From assembly GCA_040007095.1 (NCBI GenBank), contig JBDTVS010000004.1, positions 16,201 to 80,200 on the forward strand: a DNA stretch of 64,000 nt, in the 5' to 3' direction. The DNA is from Acidobacteriota bacterium (GTDB lineage Bacteria; Acidobacteriota; Vicinamibacteria; Vicinamibacterales; CAVVIG01). Position numbers and translations under genes: made by a program. Shown here piece by piece: positions 16,586-25,910 of the stretch (the first letter of the stretch is position 1; every line of letters starts with the position of its first letter). The notes beneath the pieces were generated by a model. That model had not been told where the DNA came from and ran no database searches. It worked only from the letters and a program-made list of their open reading frames with translations.

Positions 16586-17509
16586 TCAACGGTTTCGGAG
16601 GATCGTTTCGATCTCGGCGTGCTCGATCCCGGACAGGCGCCAGCCGGCGGCCAAGGCGTTGGCCCGGACCTGCTCGGGCGACGTCGCACCGGCGATGACC
16701 GACGCGACGGTGTGCCGCGACGCGAGCCACGACATCGCGAGCTCCAGCATGGTGCGACCGCGGGCGCGAGCCCATGCCGCGAGCGCCTCAACGGTCGCCA
16801 GCCGCTCCTCGCTCAAGAAACGCGAGGCGGCCCAGCTCTGGCTGAGGCGCGACTCCTCCGGCGCAGGAGTCCCCCGGGCGTACTTGCCGGTCAGCAATCC
16901 GCTCGCCAGCGGGAAATACGGCAGAAAGGCCAGACGGAGTCGCTCGCATTCCGGGAGCACCGCCTCTTCCGCCTCGCGGTTGAGCAGGCTGTACTCGTTT
17001 TGCACACTGACCAATGATGCGGCGTTCGCCTTTGTGGCCGCCCGCGCCTCGCGGAGCTGCTCGGCCGAGAAGTTCGAACAGCCGATTTCGCGGACCTTCC
17101 CCGCACGGACGAGATCGTCGAGCGCTCCGATCGTGTCTGCAATCGGCACGGTGGGATCGGGTTGATGCAGCTGGTACAGATCGATGCGGTCGGTGCCCAA
17201 TCGGCGCAGGCTGTCGTCGGCCGCCCGTCGCACGTACTCGGGCCTGGCGCCGTGCCGGTTCGCGTCGACGCGCATGCCGAACTTGGTCGCGATCACGACG
17301 GCGTCGCGACGGCCTGACAGGGCGCGGCCAAGAAAGGCTTCGCTTTTCGTGTCGCCGTAGATGTCCGCCGTGTCGAAGAACGTGATGCCCGCATCGATCG
17401 CCGCGTCGACGACGCGAGCGCTCGCCTCGTCGTCGATCCGCATGCCGAAGTTATTACAGCCTAGGCCGACCAGCGAGACTTCGAGCGAGGCGATTCTTCG
17501 GGTTTCCAT
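16586..17509 (-). CDS. Aldo/keto reductase
   Basis: 307 aa. LGCNNFGMRID, GITFFDTADIYGDTKSEAFLGRAL and IGCSNFSAEQL are typical AKR blocks. Confidence 0.9.
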   Translation of the reverse strand: METRRIASLEVSLVGLGCNNFGMRIDDEASARVVDAAIDAGITFFDTADIYGDTKSEAFLGRALSGRRDAVVIATKFGMRVDANRHGARPEYVRRAADDSLRRLGTDRIDLYQLHQPDPTVPIADTIGALDDLVRAGKVREIGCSNFSAEQLREARAATKANAASLVSVQNEYSLLNREAEEAVLPECERLRLAFLPYFPLASGLLTGKYARGTPAPEESRLSQSWAASRFLSEERLATVEALAAWARARGRTMLELAMSWLASRHTVASVIAGATSPEQVRANALAAGWRLSGIEHAEIETILRNR

Positions 17510-17757
17510 GTCAGGGCTTGCGAGTCACGTCCGCGAAGAGGCCAGGTTGGTCTGGTCCGGCCGGTGGGGCAGGTAGGCCAAGTCGGACATGTGGGTCGGG
17601 TCGGGTAGCGGGATGCGTAGGTTGGGCAGATCGGGCATCGGATGGCCGGGCGGGTGGGTCAATAGAACCCGGCGGACCGGCAGGAGCGATGGGCTGGTGA
17701 GTAATTTCGTGGCGCATCGACGCGCTCCGCTCACGCGATCTACCCACCGCAGCCCAC

Positions 17758-17847
17758 CAGCCCCGCCCGTCCTACCAGCCCCGCCCGTCCTACCAGCCCC
17801 GCCCGTCCTACCAGCCCGACCCGTCCTACCAGCCCGACCCGCCCTCC
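17758..17847. repeat. 18-bp tandem repeat x5 (minisatellite)
   Basis: CAGCCCCGCCCGTCCTAC x3, then CAGCCCGACCCGTCCTAC, then CAGCCCGACCCGCCCTCC. Intergenic, 14 nt downstream of the stop at 17861. Confidence 0.95.
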
Positions 17848-17860
17848 AAAATCGAGTGCG

Positions 17861-18577
17861 CTAGTTGGACGCGAAGCAATACAGCAGGCCGGCTCCGCCG
17901 GTTGCCACGAGATTCGGCTGGCTGCAGCCGCGGCTCGCGTGCGTGGAATTCCAGGAGCCATTGCCGCCGCCCTGCTTGTCCGAGTGTCCGAGTTGGACCG
18001 TGCCTCGGCCGTCGGCGTTGCTCGTGTAGTTGCTGCAGGTATGGTCCATGCCGTCGGTGTAGGCGCGGCCGTCGGTCGTCGATCCCGTCAGGATATCGTG
18101 CTGGTTCGGCATGTCACCCACGCCATTGACGATGGTGTTCTTCTCGGTCAGCGAGATCTGCTTGCCGAGCGCGTTGCCGAGCCGTGCCTGCTCGATGGTG
18201 TCGCCATGGAGCTCCGCGACGCTGCCGCCGATCCGTCCACCGCGCGCGTTGAACCATGGCCCGTTGCCGATGCGGTCGCGGGCGTTCACCGCGCCAGCAC
18301 CCTGCGTGCTCATGTAGGCGTGCCAGACCACCGGGGTGCCACGGCCGGCGGCTGTCCCCAACTGCTGGCAGTACGCATCAGCGCCCGCCAGCCCGCCGTA
18401 GTTGGCGCCGTCGCCTTTGCCGACGCTCGTGATGAAGAATGACATGGGCTGTGGGGGAGCCGCCGCACCCCGGCCCTGCCCGCCGGCTGGCGGCGCCTGC
18501 GCAAACCCGATGTACGAACCGAGAACGAGGGCGACCGTCAGCGCGACAAGAATGGAGCGTAAGTTTCTTATATTCAT
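17861..18577 (-). CDS. Exported endostatin/C-type-lectin-fold-like protein (DUF1554-like)
   Basis: 238 aa. Signal peptide MNIRNLRSILVALTVALVLGSYIGFAQA. Blocks line up with the endostatin fold from memory: GADAYCQQLG (GADFQCFQQA), WHAYMST (FRAFLSS), ILTGSTTDGRAYTDGMDHTCSNY ([20 protein letters not shown]), GAGLLYCFA (AYIVLCIE). Confidence 0.7.
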   Translation of the reverse strand: MNIRNLRSILVALTVALVLGSYIGFAQAPPAGGQGRGAAAPPQPMSFFITSVGKGDGANYGGLAGADAYCQQLGTAAGRGTPVVWHAYMSTQGAGAVNARDRIGNGPWFNARGGRIGGSVAELHGDTIEQARLGNALGKQISLTEKNTIVNGVGDMPNQHDILTGSTTDGRAYTDGMDHTCSNYTSNADGRGTVQLGHSDKQGGGNGSWNSTHASRGCSQPNLVATGGAGLLYCFASN

Positions 18578-18865
18578 AGCCGGGCATCTTACCGCAAAAC
18601 GCCACGCCTCAAACGAAAAACCGGTCGTGGGTTGGACCGCTGTACGGCTCGTTGAGAGAATTTTGGCCCCGTTGTGTCAATACAGGGAGTGCCGCATCGC
18701 GGTCCCCAGGCGCGCGGAGCGCGCCGAAAGAAATCGGAGGGCCAGCCCTTGGTTGGTTTGGATTGGTGGGCCGCCCTGATGCCGCCCCGCTCCGCGAGCC
18801 TGTGACGTCCTGCGTTCGATGATTCCGGTGTCTGACCGCTTGGCGATCGGTTACGCTTTTCCGTC

Positions 18866-19762
18866 ATGCGTGCGTTGGCCATCGCCCTGACCGCCTCGCT
18901 GTCGATCGCCGTTCTGACAGCGGCGCAGTCGCTGGCCCCCTCCCGCAACGTCGGGGACTGGATGGTGCGCGTCGGGGAGCGTATCGAGCAGTACTACGCC
19001 CGAGCGCACAGCATTATCTGCGAAGAGACGGTGCGGCTCGAACCGCTCGGCTACGACCTGCTGCCAAACGGCGATCACATCCGCCAATTGGTGTACGAGC
19101 TGCGGGTATCGTGGGACGGGGCGACCGACGCAGGCTCGGATGCCGGGAAGACGTCCGCGGCGAGCGTGCTCCGCCAGTTGCTGACCGTTGACGGCCGGCC
19201 GCCGCGCGCGGGCGACGAACCCGGCTGCATGGACCCGAAGCCGGTCTCGCCCGAACCCCTTGGACTGCTGCTCCCGCAGCGCCAGAGCGAATTCGTGTTC
19301 ACCTGGCGCGGCCAGGGCCGGGAGCGCGGACGCTCCAGCGTCACCCTGAACTACACGCCGACGCACGTCCTGCCGGCGGCCGTGGTCTGGACGGACAACT
19401 GCGTGAGCGTCGATCTGCCCGGACGCACGCGCGGCCGCGTCTGGCTCGATCAGGCGACCGGCGACGTGCTGCGGCTGGACGAAGAACTGACCAGCCAGTA
19501 CGAGTTTCCCGTCCCGAAGACTCAAGGACGCCGGCCCGGCCTGGCCAGCACATTCATCGTCGAGCGCGCCGATTCGTCGATCGCCTACCGTCTGGTCTCG
19601 TTTCACGAGCCCGAAGAGAGCGTGATGCTGCCGGAATCGATCACGTCGCTGCAGGTGATTCGCAATTCCGGCGTGCCGCGGCTTCGCACCACGCAGAAAT
19701 TTGCCAAGTATCGACGCTTCATCACCGGCGCGCGGATCGTCGAAGACTCCCTCCCACGGTGA
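18866..19762 (+). CDS. Hypothetical exported protein
   Basis: 298 aa. Signal peptide MRALAIALTASLSIAVLTAAQS. Coding-like composition. No family recognised. Confidence 0.65.
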   Translation: MRALAIALTASLSIAVLTAAQSLAPSRNVGDWMVRVGERIEQYYARAHSIICEETVRLEPLGYDLLPNGDHIRQLVYELRVSWDGATDAGSDAGKTSAASVLRQLLTVDGRPPRAGDEPGCMDPKPVSPEPLGLLLPQRQSEFVFTWRGQGRERGRSSVTLNYTPTHVLPAAVVWTDNCVSVDLPGRTRGRVWLDQATGDVLRLDEELTSQYEFPVPKTQGRRPGLASTFIVERADSSIAYRLVSFHEPEESVMLPESITSLQVIRNSGVPRLRTTQKFAKYRRFITGARIVEDSLPR

Positions 19763-19787
19763 CCCAGGACGTCTCGGGGCCAAGTCG

Positions 19788-20636
19788 ATGAAGCGCGCGC
19801 TGCGCGAGCTTCAGAATGCCGTACTCATTCTGGCCGGCGTCCTGTGCGCGGGCATGGGGCTCACGGGATTCCTGCTGTCGAGCAACTTCATCGACGGCGG
19901 CGTGACCGGCATCTCGATGCTGCTGGCGAAGACCACCGGCCTGCCGCTCGCGATCTGGCTGCCGCTCGTCAACGTGCCGTTCATTGCCGTAGGTTATCGC
20001 CACATGGGGCCGGCATTCGCCGCGCGCAGTGTGCTTGGGATCGCCGGGCTCGCCGCCTGTCTGGCCCTGGTGCCGTTCCCGGACGTCACGCATGACCTGG
20101 TGCTGACGGCCGTGTTCGGCGGGCTGTTCATCGGCGCCGGCATCGGCCTCGCCATCCGCGGCGGCGCCGTGCTCGACGGCACGGAGATCGCCGCGCTGCT
20201 GATCAGCAAACGAGCGGACTTGCTCAGGGTAGGCGACGTCATTCTCGGATTCAACGTCGTGCTGTTCCTGGTCGCCATCTCGGTGCTCGGCGTCGACGCC
20301 GCGCTCTATTCGATCCTCACCTACCTGGCCGCGGCGAAAACGCTCGACTTCATCCTGTACGGCATCGACGAGTACACGGCGATCACGATTGTCTCTGACC
20401 AGCATGTCGCCATCCGGGAACGAATCACCCGCGACTTGGGCCGCGGCGTCACGATCTACGCGGGCTACGGGGGATTTCGCCGTACTGAGCAGGATATTCT
20501 GTACTGCGTCGTGACACGCTTGGAGATCGCCAGCGTCAGGGCGATCGTCAGGGAATTCGATCCAGGGGCATTCGTCGTCTTCCACCCGTTGTCCAGCGTC
20601 GAAGGCGGCGTGATGAAGACCAAAGGCTTTCACTGA
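19788..20636 (+). CDS. YitT family membrane protein (with C-terminal DUF2179-like domain)
   Basis: Trimmed to ATG 19788 (MKRALRELQNAVLILAGVLCAGMGLTGFL). FIDGGVTGISMLL, several TM helices and the C-terminal TIVSDQHVAIRERITRDLGRGVTIY block are typical. Confidence 0.85.
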   Translation: MKRALRELQNAVLILAGVLCAGMGLTGFLLSSNFIDGGVTGISMLLAKTTGLPLAIWLPLVNVPFIAVGYRHMGPAFAARSVLGIAGLAACLALVPFPDVTHDLVLTAVFGGLFIGAGIGLAIRGGAVLDGTEIAALLISKRADLLRVGDVILGFNVVLFLVAISVLGVDAALYSILTYLAAAKTLDFILYGIDEYTAITIVSDQHVAIRERITRDLGRGVTIYAGYGGFRRTEQDILYCVVTRLEIASVRAIVREFDPGAFVVFHPLSSVEGGVMKTKGFH

Positions 20637-20710
20637 AGCCGCGACTGAAACCCGATTCATGCCACAATCCCCTTGCGATCTTCGTGATCTTGCCGACCTG
20701 AGGAGCTGAA

Positions 20711-21655
20711 ATGCGCCGACAGAAATATTTGATGGTGGTTCTCGTCGCGGTTGCCGGACTCGCATCTGTACTTCAAGCGGCCGACCGCACGGAAATCGGG
20801 TTCACCGATGGCAGGATTTTTCCCGAAAGCCTGACGTCGACCAAGAATGGCGCCGTCTTCTTTGGCAGCCTCGGCAATGACAGCGTCTACAGAGCGGCGC
20901 CCGGCGCGGCCAAAGCCGAAACCTGGATCCAGCCCAAGACCGCCGGATTGCAGACCGTTCTCGGCGTGCTCGCGGACGAAGGCGCTGGGGTGCTGTGGGT
21001 ATGCGCGTCGGCGACGGGAGGACGAGGCGGTGCGCCACTGGTCGGCGAAACCGCGCTCAAGGCTTTCCGTCTGTCGAACGCCGCCTTGAAAACGAGCTAT
21101 CCGTTTCCGGGAGGCGGACTCTGTAACGACATGGCGGTCGCGAAAGACGGCACGGTCTACGCTACCGACACCACCGGCGCACGGGTCCTGCGTTTGAAAA
21201 AGGGCGCGACTGCGCTCGATGCCTGGGCTGCCGATCCCCTGCTCGGCACGGCCGACGGCATCGCCCTCCTCGCGGACGGCTCGGTCTACGTGAACTCGGT
21301 GGGCTCCGGCACGCTGATGCGCATCCCCGTGAAAGCCGACGGCTCCGCCGGCGCGGTGACGAAGCTCGAGACGTCGCGTCCCCTGCAGTCACCTGACGGC
21401 ATGCGATCGGTCGGCAGCAAGACGATGCTGCTCGTCGAGGGGGCGGGTCGACTCGACGAAGTGACGATCAATGGCGACACGGCGGAGATCAAAGTTCTGA
21501 AGGAAGGCCTTACCGGCCCCACCGCCGTCACGCTGGTCAAGGACGTGGCATTCGTGGCGGAAGCCAGGCTCAACTATCGCAACGATCCCAAGCTCCGCGA
21601 TCAGGACCCTGGACCGTTTCGCGCCGTCGCGATCCCTTACAAAGCGCCGAAGTAG
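20711..21655 (+). CDS. Exported SMP-30/gluconolactonase/LRE-like beta-propeller protein
   Basis: 314 aa. GAGGAG before the ATG. Has a signal peptide. Repeated blade-like segments (PESLTSTKNGAVFFGS, CNDMAVAKDGTVYATD, ADGIALLADGSVYVNS, SPDGMRSVGSKTMLLVE). Confidence 0.7.
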   Translation: MRRQKYLMVVLVAVAGLASVLQAADRTEIGFTDGRIFPESLTSTKNGAVFFGSLGNDSVYRAAPGAAKAETWIQPKTAGLQTVLGVLADEGAGVLWVCASATGGRGGAPLVGETALKAFRLSNAALKTSYPFPGGGLCNDMAVAKDGTVYATDTTGARVLRLKKGATALDAWAADPLLGTADGIALLADGSVYVNSVGSGTLMRIPVKADGSAGAVTKLETSRPLQSPDGMRSVGSKTMLLVEGAGRLDEVTINGDTAEIKVLKEGLTGPTAVTLVKDVAFVAEARLNYRNDPKLRDQDPGPFRAVAIPYKAPK

Positions 21656-21657
21656 CG

Positions 21658-22386
21658 TTACCCGGACCTCGCCACGAGTCGCACCATGCCGCTGCGGCCG
21701 CCTTCAATCGTGGTCACCAGGCCGAGGCGATTCAGCCTGGCGCGGGCCCAATCGGGACTGAGGCGAAGCTTGAGATAGCTGCTCACGCGCAGCGCCCATC
21801 CGGTCGCGGTTCGCTCGTGCAGGATGTCGTAAACAGTGACGTGTGTCTCTTCATATTCCAGAAAGCAGGTCAGAATCCGACTGTCGTCCTGCCGGACCGG
21901 AATGAAGCGGGCGGCGTGTTCGGGCGTCCGGGTCGCATAGTCGCGGAAGGTCGCGACGAATGTGCCGCCCGGCCTCAGCGTTTCGGAGATCGCCGTGAAC
22001 AATCGTTCCACTGATTGCAGGGAGTCGATGTGGGTCAGCGTGTCTCCCATGCACACGATCACGGCGGCTGCGCCGTCGCAGTGGCCGCGTAGATTCAATA
22101 GGTCATCGTCGATACAGGTGATGACATTCCCGCTGTGCGCGCGAAGCCCGGCGAGGAGCGCCGCACACGTATCGATGGCCGTGACCGCGTACCCCGCCTC
22201 CGCCAGCGCTACTGCGTGAGCACCGGGGCCCGAGCCCAGATCGATGGCCACACCTCCGCCGCAGTCGAACAGGCCAACGTCCCGCAATTCGGACCGGGCC
22301 GTCTCTTTCGCGACGTCGAAGTCTCCCATCATCCACCCATAGACCGGACCAAGATGGCGATCGTAGTGTTCCTGGACAGAAGCCAT
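21658..22386 (-). CDS. Class I SAM-dependent methyltransferase
   Basis: 242 aa. Motif I VAIDLGSGPGAHAVALAEAGYAVTAID. Motif post-I/II region AAVIVCMGDTLTHI. Confidence 0.85.
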   Translation of the reverse strand: MASVQEHYDRHLGPVYGWMMGDFDVAKETARSELRDVGLFDCGGGVAIDLGSGPGAHAVALAEAGYAVTAIDTCAALLAGLRAHSGNVITCIDDDLLNLRGHCDGAAAVIVCMGDTLTHIDSLQSVERLFTAISETLRPGGTFVATFRDYATRTPEHAARFIPVRQDDSRILTCFLEYEETHVTVYDILHERTATGWALRVSSYLKLRLSPDWARARLNRLGLVTTIEGGRSGMVRLVARSG

Positions 22387-22613
22387 GTCAACCTCGGGTG
22401 TGTGGCGCTTGGAGTGTGCGGGCTCGTCCCCATGCCGGTCCCGATCTCAATCTTCACCGTCGGTCGGTTTGCGCTGATTTCGAACTGGCCCGTTCTCCGG
22501 CGCCCAGTGGGTCGGCGGCCTCAGCTGCGGCCCTCGCACACGGCACGATGCCCGGCGTGGCACCCTGCACGAATGCGCGGACCGTCAGCGTCGACCCTGT
22601 TGTGTAATGCACG

Positions 22614-23141
22614 TTACCGTTTCAGCGCCCTCCGGATGATGCCGAGGTGGTGATAGCTATGCCGCACGGCGTGGTCCTCGAGCAGGAACTGGCACGTGAG
22701 CGGAGCATCGAAGTTGAGCGACACCGACGCGGCCTGCGCAAGTTCCTGGTCGCTGAGCGCCCGGATTGCGTCCGCGGCTGCGGTGCTGTTGCGCCGGAGC
22801 AGATCCAGCGCCTCCTCCTTCGTGACGGCGTCGAACTCCTTGGCGTGGCCGGCATTGATCTCGTTGACGGCTTCCGCGGTGACGCCCTCGATGGGCTTGC
22901 CGCCGGCAAGTATTTGAGCCAAGTGGATCTCGAGTGGGTACATGGTGGCGACGTGATGGACCACGACGCCAATCTTGCGGCCGTCCTTGGGGAGCCGGGT
23001 TTGCCACTCGGCGTCCGTCAGGCTGCTGGCGAGATCGGCCAGCGCGCGGGCGCCCTGTTCGAGCCGCTCGGCAAGGGCCTCGGCCCGATGGATCGAACCT
23101 GCCGACGTGACCGCGGGTTCTTGCGATACAGCACTCGTCAT
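22614..23141 (-). CDS. DinB family protein
   Basis: 175 aa. Four-helix DinB-like pattern with His residues (GVVVHHVATMYP, EDHAVRHSYHHLGIIRRA). AAGGA before the ATG. Confidence 0.8.
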   Translation of the reverse strand: MTSAVSQEPAVTSAGSIHRAEALAERLEQGARALADLASSLTDAEWQTRLPKDGRKIGVVVHHVATMYPLEIHLAQILAGGKPIEGVTAEAVNEINAGHAKEFDAVTKEEALDLLRRNSTAAADAIRALSDQELAQAASVSLNFDAPLTCQFLLEDHAVRHSYHHLGIIRRALKR

Positions 23142-23321
23142 ACACTTATCCTTTCGAGAGTCGCCGGCGCTTCATCGCCCGGCGTGTCCCTACCGTACGG
23201 CGTCGTCGTGTGTGAGAGCCATGAGCCAACGTCCGAATTGCTTAGCCGCTCGTCTGCAAGTGACGCCGATCTGCTCCGGCGTCCGAATCGGATGCCCGTT
23301 CGTCCGGCTCCCTGAACTGTC

Positions 23322-24305
23322 GTGAAGGCCGACGTCCTTTCCGACGTGCTTCGGGCGGTGCGCCTGACCGGTGCGGTGTACTTCGACCTGGAGCTCAGCT
23401 CTCCGTGGATCGCCGCGGCACCGCTCTCACGCGATATCGCCGGGAAAGTCATGCCGGGCGCGCAGCGCGTCATCGAATTCCATTTGATTGCGCGAGGCAC
23501 CTGCTGGGGACAAGCGGCTGGCCACGACCCCATCTGCCTGCGAGCGGGAGACCTCATCGTGTTTCCGCAGGGCGACGCGCACATCCTCTCGAGCGCGCCT
23601 GGGATGCGGGCGGAGCCTGACATGTCGATTTTCGCCCGCCCGTCGACGTCATTGCCGCTGGTCTACGAAATGGGTGGCGGCGGCCCCGATGGCGCGCACG
23701 TCGTGTGCGGCTTCCTCGGCTGCGACGAACGCCCGTTCAATCCTCTGCTCACCGCCTTACCGACGGTGATCCACCTTGCCGCATCGGGCTCTCAGTCTAC
23801 GACCGGCTGGCTCGGAACGCTGCTGAGCATGGCCGTGAAGGAAGCGGCCAGCTCGCGGGCGGGAGGCGAGAACGTGCTGGCGCGCCTCTCGGAGCTGATG
23901 TTTGTCGAGGCGATCCGCCGCTATCTCGAGACACTGCCGCCCGCCCAGACAGGCTGGCTTGCGGGATTGCGAGATCCCGTGGTGGGACAGGCGTTGGCTG
24001 CGCTGCACGGCGACGCCGGCGAGGCCTGGACGGTGGAGCGCCTGGCGCGGCTCGTCGGTCTGTCCCGGTCGGTTCTCGCCGAGCGGTTCACGGACATGGT
24101 CGGCCAGCCCCCGATGCAGTATCTCGCGCTGTGGCGGATGCAACTCGCCTCCCGCCTGCTGGTCGAAGGGGAGCACGTGGCGGCGGTCGCCGGTGCGGTT
24201 GGCTACGAATCGGAAGCGGCGTTCAGCCGCGCGTTCAAGAAGCTCGTGGGCCAGGCTCCGGCGACGTGGCGGCGAACCACGGCGCCCTTGGCTGTCGGCC
24301 CTTAG
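23322..24305 (+). CDS. AraC family transcriptional regulator with N-terminal cupin domain
   Basis: 327 aa with a GTG start. Cupin part VIEFHLIARGTCWG...GDLIVFPQGDAHIL. C-terminal AraC HTH (WTVERLARLVGLSRSVLAERFTDMVGQPPMQYLALWRMQLA...GYESEAAFSRAFKK). Confidence 0.9.
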   Translation: MKADVLSDVLRAVRLTGAVYFDLELSSPWIAAAPLSRDIAGKVMPGAQRVIEFHLIARGTCWGQAAGHDPICLRAGDLIVFPQGDAHILSSAPGMRAEPDMSIFARPSTSLPLVYEMGGGGPDGAHVVCGFLGCDERPFNPLLTALPTVIHLAASGSQSTTGWLGTLLSMAVKEAASSRAGGENVLARLSELMFVEAIRRYLETLPPAQTGWLAGLRDPVVGQALAALHGDAGEAWTVERLARLVGLSRSVLAERFTDMVGQPPMQYLALWRMQLASRLLVEGEHVAAVAGAVGYESEAAFSRAFKKLVGQAPATWRRTTAPLAVGP

Positions 24306-24329
24306 AACGCGCTGCAGAATCGAAATTCT

Positions 24330-24396
24330 GAACCACCAGGACTCGAAGAACACAAAGACGAGGGTTCCTTTGTGGCCTCTGTGCTCCTGGTGGTTC
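24330..24396. terminator. CAC-periodic repeat family 2, copy c: hairpin between convergent genes (likely bidirectional terminator)
   Basis: GAACCACCAGGACTCGAAGAACACAAAG-loop-CTTTGTGGCCTCTGTGCTCCTGGTGGTTC. It lies between the AraC stop (24305) and the outer-membrane factor stop (24447). Confidence 0.55.
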
Positions 24397-24446
24397 GGAT
24401 AACCGTCGTGGCTCGATAGCAGTTACGCAGCTGGTGGTTTGGTTCG

Positions 24447-25877
24447 CTACGACTGCCAGCCACCGCCTAACGCGCGATAGAGCTCGACCAGCGCTGAAAG
24501 CTCACTCAGTTCTGACTGGGCCAGCGCGAGCTCGGCGTCGAACAGACGAGTATCGGCATCGAGCACTTCGAGATAGCTGGTCACGCCCCCTTGATAGCGG
24601 ATCTCGGCGAGCCGCCTGCCGTCCTGCGCGGCGCCCAGCAGTTGCTGTTGCTGTTCGCGGAACTCACGCAGCTTGTGATAGCCGACGAGCGCGTCTGACA
24701 CTTCACGAAACGCCCGTCGAATCGTCTGTTGGTAGGCGATCGTCGCTTCCTCCCTGCGCGCCTCGGCGATGGCCACCTGGGATCGCGTGCGGCCGGCCGT
24801 GAAGACCGGCTGTGCCGCGCTGGCCGCTGCAGTCCAGATGAAATTCGTGCCGGTGAACAATGCGGCGAGCGCCGTGCTCTCGAATCCGCCGGAACCAGTC
24901 AGCGCGATTTGCGGAAAGTATGCCGACCTGGCGACGCCGATGTGCGCGTTCGCGGCCATCAGTTGCCGCTCGGACTGCTGAATGTCGGGGCGGCGCTCGA
25001 TCAGCGATGACGGCAGACCCGTGGGAAGAACGGGCTCGTGGGGCTGATCGGTCAATGCGCGGCCGCGCGCGATCGGTCCGGGATTGCCGCCGAGCAGCAC
25101 GCTGATGAAGTTTTCCTGCTGCGCAATCTCGCGCTCGAGCGTGGTGATTTCACCGGCCGCGCCATAGACCAGCTGCTCGGCCTGCCGAACGTCGACCAGC
25201 GAGGTGACGCCGCCCTGCTCGCGTACCCGCGTCAGTTGCAACGACTCTTGCCGCGACGTCAGCGTGCGGCGCGAGATGTCCAGCTCCAGATCCAGCGCCC
25301 GCAACCCGAAGTACGCGTTGGCGACCTGACTCACGAGCGTCGTAAGTACCGCCCGGCGCCCCCACTGGCTGGCGACCAACTGCGCCCGCGCGGCTTCGGT
25401 CGCGCGGCGGTATCTTCCCCAGAAGTCCAGCTCCCACGCGGCCGAGGCCTGCGCCTCGATGGCGCCGACGTTCTTGGCCGGAAACCCCAGCGCCGCGCTC
25501 GGGCGCTCGCCGATCACGTTGACACCGGCGGTCACGGTGGGGAATTGATCCGCGCGCGTGAGCCCCAGCTGCGCCTGCGCTTCGAGGATTCTGGCCGCCG
25601 CGATTCGGACGTCGTCGTTATGGCTCAACGCCGTGCGAATCAACACCTGCAACGAGTCGTCTTGAAACAGTTGCCACCAGCGCTCGTCGCCAAGTGAGGA
25701 CTCCGAGGCCGCCGACGATTCGTCCGGCACCTGGCCGCGGAACGCATCCGGCGCGTCGACCGGAGGGCGCTTGTAGTCAGGCCCGACGGTGACGCAGCCG
25801 CCGGTGGCGCAGAGCATCAGAAACGGCACCGTGGCGCAAGCGAGGCGGCGCATGAAACGACGACAGCACGACGTCAC
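24447..25877 (-). CDS. RND efflux outer membrane factor lipoprotein (NodT family)
   Basis: 476 aa. Lipobox-like LMLCATGGC followed by VTVGPDYKRPP. Has the two TolC-type repeats. Confidence 0.9.
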   Translation of the reverse strand: MTSCCRRFMRRLACATVPFLMLCATGGCVTVGPDYKRPPVDAPDAFRGQVPDESSAASESSLGDERWWQLFQDDSLQVLIRTALSHNDDVRIAAARILEAQAQLGLTRADQFPTVTAGVNVIGERPSAALGFPAKNVGAIEAQASAAWELDFWGRYRRATEAARAQLVASQWGRRAVLTTLVSQVANAYFGLRALDLELDISRRTLTSRQESLQLTRVREQGGVTSLVDVRQAEQLVYGAAGEITTLEREIAQQENFISVLLGGNPGPIARGRALTDQPHEPVLPTGLPSSLIERRPDIQQSERQLMAANAHIGVARSAYFPQIALTGSGGFESTALAALFTGTNFIWTAAASAAQPVFTAGRTRSQVAIAEARREEATIAYQQTIRRAFREVSDALVGYHKLREFREQQQQLLGAAQDGRRLAEIRYQGGVTSYLEVLDADTRLFDAELALAQSELSELSALVELYRALGGGWQS

Positions 25878-25910
25878 GAAGGCACCAGAATATTGGTTCT
25901 GAACATGTCA

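Noticed and set aside
17758-17847. CRISPR array
   Set aside because: The 18-bp units are directly adjacent with no spacers, and there are no cas genes. It is a simple tandem repeat.
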